DNA of 35,388 nt, from the NCBI GenBank assembly GCA_002104905.1, contig MCFE01000796.1:1-35388 (forward strand). The letters are read 5' to 3'. The position numbers and the translations under genes were made by a program. This DNA is from Basidiobolus meristosporus CBS 931.73 (lineage: Eukaryota; Fungi; Basidiobolomycota). Under the pieces are notes generated by a model. That model did no database searches, was not told the origin of the DNA, and worked only from the letters and a program-made list of their open reading frames with translations. Shown here one piece after another: positions 25,276 to 34,352 of this stretch. Numbering within the stretch: position 1 is the stretch's first letter; every line of letters begins with the position of its first letter.

Positions 25276-27212
25276 GCTATCATACCTGATCCATTTTCAT
25301 GTGATCATTATACTATCAGCTAAACTGCCACACCTTTGCAGGTGATAGTCATCTGAGATCAATCAAAGCATTGAGCAGTTGCCATGACATCTGCTAATTG
25401 AAGATGCAATTATCTTTTTTCTCATCTTACTATTGACATTTGTATGGATTTCAATTAATCCCGTCTCTTGGTGCTTACTAATGAAACTTGATCAGAAATG
25501 CTTAAATGCAGCTTACTGAGCCCCATGGTTTAATGTGTGTCTCAACAAAATTAAGAATTCAGCAATTCTGTTCTAGTTTCTACCCAAGCTTAGCATATCT
25601 AGAGCACCCACAAATACCAAGCCTGGCTTGCATGGCAAACCAGCTCTGTTGCCTCTATAGCCAAGCTCAGCTTTATCCAAGACCAATATTAGACCAGAAT
25701 CATTCTGCTTATATTTCTATCATACTGTGACAGCTTCGAGATTCTGCGTTTAATTGTCCCTTTGGTTTAGTGAGACCATTTATGAATTTTATTACACTTT
25801 GCTTTTGGATACAGTGATCTGTTTAAATCCTGCTCTGTGGTAAGTATTCTACCAGCAACAGCTCCCTGGGGTTAAGCTACAGGCATTTTGCTCAGCATTG
25901 ATGCAATGACTATTTGCAACATTGATTTATCTTGTGCAAAAAGCTCAGTGCTTCCTGCAAAGATCAAATGTAACATATGCACTTTGTTTTCCAAGTGTTT
26001 TGCAAATTTGTCTAATTCTTTGTAATGTCTTTTTGACACAATGACTTGTCCTAATATATCATCAAAGCTGAATACATCTTATAGGCTTCTTTCTTTCTCC
26101 TTCCTGGGTTGTAGTAAGTTGGCTCCTATTTATTGTTTCACATGTACCAAGTGTGAGAGTCATCAGCAAAGGGGACTTGGATTTGACCAAGCTGGTTGGG
26201 ATCACTTACCAAATAGAATAATATTGGATGTTATGATGAAGTTCTATATATTGATGGCTTTGAGATACACTATACTTCATGCTCAAACTTCATGCCATTC
26301 AAGATATTATATTACGCTTAACTAAGACACAGCTAAGGCGTTGAATTCAGCTCAAAGCTTTATTCAGAGCATCACTTCTACGCTATACAGAAGTTTGTGA
26401 GAGTGCCTCCAGGCTGCTCCCCGTATCCTCATGGCGTAGTTGAAGCAATGTAGAAATTACTAATATCCAATAGCTTTTGGCTTCTGTATTAATGCCAGGA
26501 TCTGCGACAGTGATAATAACAGTGCCACTTTGAAAGCAAGTCATTCAAGGGTTTAAATCGCGGGATGATTGTTCGGTAATGCCAGTCATATGATTAAGCC
26601 GCACTTCATAAGGACTAAGCAGGCAGAAATCCAACTCCACACTTGGGTCTAGATACGTCGATCAAGCCACAACAAGCAGCTGAGTTTGTTCCCAATACTG
26701 TCAAATAATAGTTTTCCATATTCCCGGTAAAAATTCCTCAATCAACTTATATTTTGCAGGGTGATTAACTGCATTTGGATTATTAATTTAATAATAGTGA
26801 TATTACCTTGCTGAATGCGCGTTGACTACTGGAAACACTTTCAACCTTGATATGTCACCGACTTTCTTTCGAGATTGTCCCACCATATTGAGCAACCTAG
26901 ATGTCTTTAACAGCAGCATTCTCGAATATCCTCACAAAGCTGTGTAAGGTCACCTGAACTAAGAGGCCCACCCAAATGGATTTTTATTTGCTGCAGAGGG
27001 CGAGCTGCTTTGATTTTGATAGCTGAAAGGATTGGCATCGCTGAATAATTGCCAATCTGGTTTGCACCATGTTGAAGCTCTGGTAGCTACAATATCAGTG
27101 GCTTTGCCAAGAACGTGACCAGTCACGGATACCCCGCTAATGTATATACATGGATGATAGGCTAAATATGAGGAGATACTGATTATCCAATTTTGTGTAG
27201 AATCTTGATTTA

Positions 27213-27260
27213 CGATTCCCGAGACGATTCCCAAGATGATTCCCGAAACGATTCCCAAGA
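27213..27260. repeat. Minisatellite, 4 x 12 bp (consensus CGATTCCCRAGA)
   Basis: CGATTCCCGAGA CGATTCCCAAGA TGATTCCCGAAA CGATTCCCAAGA. Confidence 0.9.
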
Positions 27261-27418
27261 TCAGATGGACCAGATCATGACCTAACCATAAGTACCTCAC
27301 GAAACTGATCATTTTATACTGAATTAATAACCACGTGCATATTGATTAGTAAGTGATGTTTTTATCTTGGGCAACGCTTTGGATTTTAATTGCTTTATTG
27401 TGCCTTCTGGCCGAAACA

Positions 27419-27706
27419 TCAGTTATTTTTGTTGACCTTGGGTGGAGTATAGACCGGGGGCAAGGAAGGCCTTGCGCAATCGGTGGTCTGTAAGTAAGCA
27501 TCGGTTGTTGCGCGATGAGGTTGTTTGATTTGAATTCTTCTCTGTAGATTTTCCCGCTCCACCTGATGAATTTGAGAAAGTAATTTGCCAATACGCGGAT
27601 CCACGGAAGCAGGCAACTGACCGTTCGACTCGGATCCTGGATGTTGAAAAGCCTCGATAGCACTGAAGAGTGCCACAGTAGCTATGAAAGCATTAGTAAA
27701 CAGCAT
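27419..27706 (-). CDS. Small secreted protein of unknown function (95 aa, or first exon of a longer gene)
   Basis: MLFTNAFIATVALFSAIEA looks like a signal peptide; CpG-retaining sequence; TATAAG on the minus strand ~35 nt upstream; divergent from the 28191 gene. 3' structure uncertain. Confidence 0.55.
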   Translation of the reverse strand: MLFTNAFIATVALFSAIEAFQHPGSESNGQLPASVDPRIGKLLSQIHQVERENLQRRIQIKQPHRATTDAYLQTTDCARPSLPPVYTPPKVNKNN

Positions 27707-28151
27707 TGTTAGGAATTCTGAATGCGCTGAATTGCCGTCTTATATTGCTGCTCTGTGGGAGTATACAAACGTTCTAGAATAAGTGACGAATCCATGGAAT
27801 ACTCTCTGGAAAGAAGCATATCACATCTCAAGCGACAACTGCGCGAAGAAGAGTGCCAGACTAGTCACATGGGATAAGCCTGATTTCTCTTGTTCAGGCA
27901 GAGATGCCATTTGGTAAGTGCCTGACCTCCTCATTCAAGCCACTGAAGGCTTTTGTGGCACCGTAGCAAGCTTTTACCGATATCTTTCTCCACGGAGTCA
28001 AAGTATGAAGACGATCTCTAGCACGTGGATTTTCAGCCTCGTTGAGTGAGACGTGCCAAAGGAAGTTGTGGCTGAATTTAGACTGAGCAATGGCATTGGT
28101 GTAGATAGAATGCAAATGGAAATGCGCGAGAAAAAAGCTATTAAACTGATG

Positions 28152-28157
28152 TATAAA
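28152..28157 (+). promoter_or_regulatory. Candidate TATA box
   Basis: TATAAA ~35 nt upstream of ATG 28191. Confidence 0.45.
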
Positions 28158-28190
28158 TAGCCGTAGTCGTTTGGGCAGTCAGACATTATT

Positions 28191-29012
28191 ATGTTTAGCA
28201 AAATCCGCACTCTAACCTTAGTCCTAGTGCTAGGGCTTCTTGTAGGATGTACCGCAATGTACAACGATCCTGACTTTCCGAATTGGAACGTTGGGCCAGT
28301 GAAGAGCTTTGAGTCCGATCTGTTGATCCCTGACGGCATGGCCCCTCCGACCACCTACTGGAACCCTGCAGGGTTTGGAACTGGCTATTTTGGGTTTCAG
28401 ACGTTGGATACTTCCGAGGACAGGGTGCTTATCTTCTCCGTATGGAATCTCAAGAACACCACGACCGAAGTCATCAAGATGGGCGAGAATGTCTGGCACA
28501 CATCCTTCTATGAGATGGGGGGCTGGGGTACCCATGCCTTTATGAACTATCATTGGCAAACAGGTGTTACATACCGCGTGAAAATCGAAGCCGAATGGGT
28601 GGGCAACGATACCGTCTTCACCGCCTCGTTTAGGGTGAATGATCAATGGCACTTTTTTGCCAGTATCAAAGGCATTGGCTTTGGCAATTATAGTCTCGAT
28701 TCCGACACTGGAATCTACCAGTTCCTGGAGGATTTTGGTGGGACTGTTAACCAAACGCGAAAGGGTATCTATAGCAGACAGTGCTATCGCATTGAAGGAT
28801 GTGATTTTTGCTATCCCAATTGGGGCGGCTACATCTCTCAAGCCTGCTGCATTCCTTGCTGGGGCGCCGGTGTAATCCCGTCTGGAGAAGGTACCTATCT
28901 GGCCTTTGACGGAAATCCACTGGGGACTGAGGATTGCAATCATGTGGTAAATGTTTGGCTTAACTACAATCACTGCGCTATGGATGAATATAGTCATGCA
29001 ATCAATGCCTGA
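28191..29012 (+). CDS. Secreted DUF3472-like protein, intronless, 273 aa; paralog of 13232-14224 without CBM18
   Basis: Hydrophobic N-terminus LTLVLVLGLLVGC. Colinear with the 13.2 kb protein: TYW...GYFGFQT...RVLIFSVWN...G.H...Y.W..GV.Y...QFLED...WGAG. Confidence 0.88.
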   Translation: MFSKIRTLTLVLVLGLLVGCTAMYNDPDFPNWNVGPVKSFESDLLIPDGMAPPTTYWNPAGFGTGYFGFQTLDTSEDRVLIFSVWNLKNTTTEVIKMGENVWHTSFYEMGGWGTHAFMNYHWQTGVTYRVKIEAEWVGNDTVFTASFRVNDQWHFFASIKGIGFGNYSLDSDTGIYQFLEDFGGTVNQTRKGIYSRQCYRIEGCDFCYPNWGGYISQACCIPCWGAGVIPSGEGTYLAFDGNPLGTEDCNHVVNVWLNYNHCAMDEYSHAINA

Positions 29013-29714
29013 CTGTTGCACTTCATGAATAAAGTTATCGTTTTATTGCTTACACAAGTCCCCCACTCATATTTTAGAAAGAGTATTTCAAGCCATTATT
29101 TGTATGTCTGCCTCAGTAGCAAAGCTTTGGCTGGAGCGTGAAGGCCATAATGACTCTTATGCAGATTGCTATATTCATTGCAATCCTATGCCGTGTATGG
29201 CACTAATACAGAAATTCAACATCACACTTACCTTTCTGCTATTGCGAATATTTAGCTTACGCCTAAGCCACTCATATAACATTTGATTCTACTTATGTTA
29301 CCGCCAAGTTATGAACTGTTTACTAATATTTAGTTTGTCATATATTAGTTAGTTCTCACAATTAGTCAACGTCTAGTGGTGTTTGATATTCTCAAGCTTG
29401 CGCAAAAGCCCCCAGACTTGGCACGCAGGTTACCAGAGCCTCCCCTCAGACACTTTTATCATCAGCTTATAAAGTTTCTTTATAAAGTAACAGCAACTTT
29501 TTAACTCAATAAAATAACAACCAAATAATGTGAATTTCTTCTAGCTGCCCAAGTTACCTCCAATACTACCTAGAGCCTTGCAAAACCTGTACAGTAGGCT
29601 ATGAAATGGCTGTATGGATTTCTCAAAAGAGAGTCAGCAATATTACCAATAGATACTCACACTGCTTTGAACTAGGGACTGCTTGGTAATCTATGCTGAC
29701 TTGTTCTACAGTTG

Positions 29715-30025
29715 TGTTGTAAATTTTGCAATTACACCATGAAATCCACCTAACTTGATCTTCTAGTCCACTATTTACAAATATTAGAGAGTTTTGATTA
29801 AATTCCCTGTTTGGATATACCTACAATATTTTCACCAAAATATCAGGTCCCCAGAGCATCAGATTTCTCAGTGATATCCAAGCACCCCCTAACTTTGTAC
29901 ACACGTTTTTGGGACTTGCCTGGGCATATTTCTTGTGCTTATCTTGCCAAGACCATTTAAAAATATCAACACTACTTTTCCATTGAATGAATTATTAAGT
30001 ATGAGCCATAAAATCTACTCAGCAT
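29715..30025 (+). mobile_element. Diverged, 3'-eroded copia-family LTR
   Basis: Starts TGTTGTAAATTTTG; shares CACCTAACTT, AATATTTTCACCAAAATA.CAGGT.CCCAGA, GCCAAGACCA with the LTR. Right end and TSD not clear. Confidence 0.7.
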
Positions 30026-31531
30026 CAATTATAGCTTACATTAATACACATATTCCTGCCAGATGTTTGATCAGAAAATGGCAGAATGCTTGTGTAATAC
30101 CTTCAAAAGCCTATGCAATTATAGGGCTAGAGCTGCTACTATTCAACCTTGAAGTATTCTTAGATTAAGTAGACATATGCCCAAGAAGTTACTGTGCCTG
30201 AGTGATCCTTGGTCTACACATAATGATAGTCAGGCCAATAACTCAATAGGTATTCACACAGCATAATACTGATGAACACTACAACCAGAACACCAGCTGA
30301 AATACACATCAGACTCAAGCCTGAAAACTGATGTAAGGGCTACAGAACAAGGCAGGGTAAGTCCTTGTTGTCAGGATATAGTTCTTACAACACAACAGCT
30401 ATTCTCTGAGTGAGTTGAAGAGCTGCTGGTGATCAAGGAAGCAATTTGATGACTCATTGAGTATGCTGAAATGCCCACAATTCACACCATTATTGTAACA
30501 TGCTTATAGGTAAGCAACTGCAGTTCTTTGCAGTGGTGACCAAAAGAATGAAAATACAATTGTTAAAAATTAGGATGTTTAGAATATATCATATGATAAA
30601 TAATAGAGGTTACACAGCTCCCAATAAAGCAGTAAAAGGGAAAGATCAAGCAAAAGTCTCTTTTAACTCATGAATTTAAGGGAGCTTCTGATACAACATG
30701 AGTATGGGACTAGCATACACACATGGCAAGTGAGATATATTGGTCATCAGCAACTAATACTATGTTGCTTATAATGCCTTGATTGAAACAAATCAGTCTA
30801 TAAACAGAAGTAAAAACATGAGGAGCATCTGCTGGTAAGAAGTTTTGACCAGAGGCTTTAACCAGACAATACATAGGAGCACAGGAGGCTGGTATGTATC
30901 TAATGTGAGAAAGAAAGAGAATATGGAGTGATCAGTCCATAAGATACCAACTTGTAGTGAAGGAAGGTATTGCACATCTATACCCATATTAAGATTATAC
31001 ATTAGGATAGTCATAGCCTGTAACTAATAAGACCCAACATTTTCTGCTCTGACTCTTTATTAGTGGTCACCTCAAGCATAATTATCAAATATAAAGCACC
31101 TAGAACATAAGAATAGACAATATTGTGTAAAGCCCTGAAGCTTTGTAAGCACACTGTTAGGTCCCTCACTAATATATTTTGAGTGATTCTTACAAAAGCC
31201 TACATATATTTATATCATTAACAAAGATATCACTTAAGGTGTTTCCATCATAAGCTTCACAATGCTATTCTGAGAGTAACATTTACATATTTGAGCACAA
31301 TAAGATAACTGGTGAGTACCATATATTTGTCTTATTCTCCAGATTGCATCCAAATACTCTCTGGAGTTTTGCAAAATACCTGATATTTGCTAGTCAAGTG
31401 CTATAGTAAATACAGAAGAAATCAATCATCTTATCATGGTGACTATTCTTAGTCAAGGAGACCGTGGGAGTAAGAAACACGCAGCAGAGACTTTTAGATG
31501 AGGATTAGCAAGAATGTATGTAGAAAGCAAT

Positions 31532-31772
31532 TTAGGGGGGATGATAATAACCACATGGTGAAATATTTATTTAAATCTTAAATAAAGAAGCCAAGTTTAT
31601 ATATGAATATTTGAGATGCAGGAAGCCTACAAGATAAACTTGGACTTTGCTGTATCCCAAATATCCTGAATATCAAAGTCTAGAGGAGAGTGTAGCAAGA
31701 CTGCTTGTTCACTGTAGTATTTCTTGAGGAAGTTTGTGACTTGAAGGGAAGGATAGTTTTTCAACAAGCTGG
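31532..31772 (-). mobile_element. Telomeric array unit D: 240 bp 5'-truncated 3' end of ORF1-only subfamily 2
   Basis: Begins TTAGGGGGG-ATGATAATAACCACATGGTGAAATATTTATTT; homologous to 15524-15775, whose continuation encodes ORF1; truncated at the next TTAGGGG. Confidence 0.88.
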
Positions 31773-33725
31773 TTAGGGGAGGGGAGGGAAAGTTACCAAG
31801 TTAGTGAAATCTTTATTTGAGTTAAGAACTAATCTAAGTACAAATAAAGAAGCCAATTAAGAGGTCTAGAACCTCTCTAATAAGTAATCTAATTTATGTT
31901 TTTTTTCATCTCTAATGTTTGTTTCAATAAAGTAAAGCTCATCAGGGGTAAATATAAAATTCAGGGGTTTTGGGGGAAGTACAAATTGTAGATGTTTCTG
32001 ATCAATATAATCCAAGACTGGAACCCAGCCTGGGATTAGGTGTAGTAGGAAAGGTGTGTGGACTTGTAAGTAGCTCTGCCACATAGATCTTAGATGGTCC
32101 TGAGCCAGTAGTCTTGGTTTCCCAGCTTTTTGAAGTTTTGAAGCAAGCTCTGTTACTACAGCAGAGCCAACCAGGGTGTGCCAGCAAGAAGATTTCAGGG
32201 AGGAGTTAGATTGAAGCCATTGTTTGATGGAGGGGTTATGTGATTTCTGAAGTTTGACTAGGAAGGAAGCCCGGAGATAGATCATTCGGATTTGGTATGG
32301 GTAGAACCCAAAGGCTCCATTAGTTGCATGGATATAGGGAGATACTGGAAGATAAGGTACCAGGGATCTGATACACTGATGGAGAAATTTATCCAGGCGG
32401 TGAAGTTCTCTGGAGGTAAGGGGTATAATGTGGAGACCAAATTCAAGTACCGGCAGTACATACTGCTTCAGAAGTATAGGGATCTTTTGAATTGGAGTGT
32501 CTGGAGTGACTACTACCAGAAGCTTTTTGAGAGCCTGTTGGGCAAGACGGATCCTATTATCCAGGTGGAGCTTTGAGTCAATCCCATGTTGACAAAACGG
32601 CAGACCTAGATATATTGCAGTTTGTTGTGGCAGAATGCTAGTGTTCTGTATAGTTGTAGTGCATCCAATTGGGACTGTCTTGGAAATTGAGAGTGAGAGG
32701 TTGTTGGCAGCCAAGTACTTCTCAATGATGGCAGTGTCTGCTATGGGATTAGGAGTAGCAATCTTGATATCATCCGCATAGAGAGTTAGTAGTGGATAGG
32801 GAGAGTCTGGTGAGGGGCCTTTTGGAAATAAAGGAAAGTCATGTAGGAATATCACAAATAGTAAGGGACCTAGAACAGATCCTTGGACTACTCCATTTGG
32901 AACCTCATAAGTCTCTGATGTACAACTTGGATGCAAAATTTTGGCTGAGTTCTCACAAAATAGAGAACATACAAGAAGGGTCATTGGTAGTGTGGTAACT
33001 GCTAATAGCTTTCTCCAAAGCAGAGCTCTGTCCACAGAGTCAAAGGCTTTAGTAATGTCAAACAGAATGGTTGGCAATGAGAATTGAAGTGAATGATCAT
33101 GGCTTAGCACTACAGCCATATCCAAGGAGAGTTTGGGCAAGAAGCCAAACTGAGAAGGATGGAATGGATATAGTTGAGATTGCAAGGATCTTGCTATCAT
33201 AAGCTCAAAGATTTTCCGGCAGGTTTGTAGGAGTGAAACTGGCCGGTAAGAACCTGGGAGTGAGTGTTTCCCCTTCCCTTTGTATAAGGGTATTACATTT
33301 GCCTGTGACCAGGCCTTTGGGGTAGTCAATTGTTGGGCACAGATAGAGTAGAATGGGAGAAGTAAGTGACTCATTTTGGAGTAGCACACCCGGAGTAGAT
33401 TGTAGGTAAGCAAGTCATGTCCAGGTGCAGTATTTGCAGGAAGCTTCTTTAAAATTTTCTCCAGAAGCTTTGCTGAAACCAAAATTGGAGATGTTGGACT
33501 GCTGGATATGTTACCAGTATGGTAGAAAGGAGGAGTGGGATGCACGGTTGAATCAAAGAATATAGGGGCCAGTTTGTCTGGTGATGGTATACTCCTTGCT
33601 TGGGGTCTCATGGCTTTGTATACTCTTGATATGGACCTTGTGGTGGCATTCATATCTACTAAGGGCAAGGTATCCATGATATGAGCCCATAATCTAGTAT
33701 GCTCAGTGATCTGTAGTGACTTGGT
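31773..33725 (-). mobile_element. Telomeric array unit A: 5'-truncated RT-encoding non-LTR element, subfamily 1
   Basis: Bounded by TTAGGGGAGGGGAGGG at its 3' end and TAGGGTTAGGGG at its 5' end; contains an uninterrupted RT frame and a ~90 nt 3' UTR with AATAAA. Confidence 0.92.
31866..33677 (-). CDS. LINE-type reverse transcriptase (603 aa from first Met; frame stays open to 33743, so N-terminally truncated)
   Basis: APGHDLL, YRPVSLL, QFGF, DITKAFDSV, GVVQGSVLGPLLF, LYADD and YLG are non-LTR RT motifs. No APE domain in the retained part, and no CCHC or PD-D/ExK endonuclease motif seen in the C-terminal region. Confidence 0.95.
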   Translation of the reverse strand: MDTLPLVDMNATTRSISRVYKAMRPQARSIPSPDKLAPIFFDSTVHPTPPFYHTGNISSSPTSPILVSAKLLEKILKKLPANTAPGHDLLTYNLLRVCYSKMSHLLLPFYSICAQQLTTPKAWSQANVIPLYKGKGKHSLPGSYRPVSLLQTCRKIFELMIARSLQSQLYPFHPSQFGFLPKLSLDMAVVLSHDHSLQFSLPTILFDITKAFDSVDRALLWRKLLAVTTLPMTLLVCSLFCENSAKILHPSCTSETYEVPNGVVQGSVLGPLLFVIFLHDFPLFPKGPSPDSPYPLLTLYADDIKIATPNPIADTAIIEKYLAANNLSLSISKTVPIGCTTTIQNTSILPQQTAIYLGLPFCQHGIDSKLHLDNRIRLAQQALKKLLVVVTPDTPIQKIPILLKQYVLPVLEFGLHIIPLTSRELHRLDKFLHQCIRSLVPYLPVSPYIHATNGAFGFYPYQIRMIYLRASFLVKLQKSHNPSIKQWLQSNSSLKSSCWHTLVGSAVVTELASKLQKAGKPRLLAQDHLRSMWQSYLQVHTPFLLHLIPGWVPVLDYIDQKHLQFVLPPKPLNFIFTPDELYFIETNIRDEKKHKLDYLLERF

Positions 33726-33752
33726 AGGGTTAGGGGTTAGGGGTTAGGGGGG
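33725..33752 (+). repeat. Interstitial telomere-like spacer TAGGG TTAGGGG TTAGGGG TTAGGGGGG
   Basis: Read directly; lies between the 5' end of unit A and the 3' end of unit B. Confidence 0.95.
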
Positions 33753-34352
33753 AGACAGTCACCAACAGGTGAAATCTTTATTTCAGTTGAAACAAAGAAG
33801 CCAGCGCTACTGTTGTAGCTTTGATACAAGAGTGTGTAGCTGAGGAGAATTTGTAGGTAAGTTAATAAGAAGTGATGATAGTTCTTCAGTGCTCAAGACA
33901 CTGTTCAGTGGGAAGGGGGGTAGCAAGAGAGGTAAGAATGACTTGTGAACAACATTAATGAGGGGAATGTGATAAGGATTGATATTCATCATAAAGGGAG
34001 TGTGCTGCTGCAGATATTGCTGCCAAAGGTCTGTCAAGTACTTCAGGTAGGCCAGCATGGGTTTTTCTGACTGCAGAATATAGTGTGCAAACTTCTTGAC
34101 TTCAGGATCTCCAAGTATAGTTCTCCAGCAGGAGTCAGGTGTTGTGTGGTGTGTTCTCTTCCAGGCCTTAATCAGTGGGTTGTTGCAGTTGTGAAGTCTG
34201 AGGTATAATCTGGTTCTAAGGTAGAGAAGTCTGATCTTATAGGGCATAAACCCAAAAGCACCAAGAATAGCATGTCTGTAGGGGCATTCAGGCAAATGAG
34301 GCGCCAAGGAGGTAGTGCACCATACTGCAAACTTGTCAAGCTTAGTGCAGTC
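33744..34352 (-). mobile_element. Telomeric array unit B: ~600 bp 5'-truncated RT element, subfamily 2 (C-terminal 181 aa, frame 33807-34352 open)
   Basis: KLDKFAVWCTTSLAPHLP...GAFGFMPYKIR...LWQQYLQQHTPF...LPPFPLN aligns with unit A RLDKFLHQCIRSLVPYLP...GAFGFYPYQIR...MWQSYLQVHTPF...LPPKPLN; the frame runs up to the TTAGGGGG junction. Confidence 0.92.

Noticed and set aside
27213-27260. CRISPR-like or regulatory array
   Set aside because: Contiguous 12-bp tandem units without spacers in a eukaryotic context; a simple minisatellite.
28230-29021. 263-aa antisense ORF covering the second DUF3472 gene
   Set aside because: Shadow frame of a real gene; no recognisable motifs, while the sense protein has a clear paralog in the window.
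1-31500. Isolated TTAGGG hexamers (e.g. ~2245, ~4060, ~4761, ~28630)
   Set aside because: Single hexamers are expected by chance and lack the adjoining 3' module.
31866-33677. Telomerase RT or Penelope/Athena RT identity for the telomeric ORF
   Set aside because: Motifs (APG.D, YRPVSLL, QFGF, D..KAFDSV, GV.QGS.LGP.LF, YADD) are those of LINE-type RTs.
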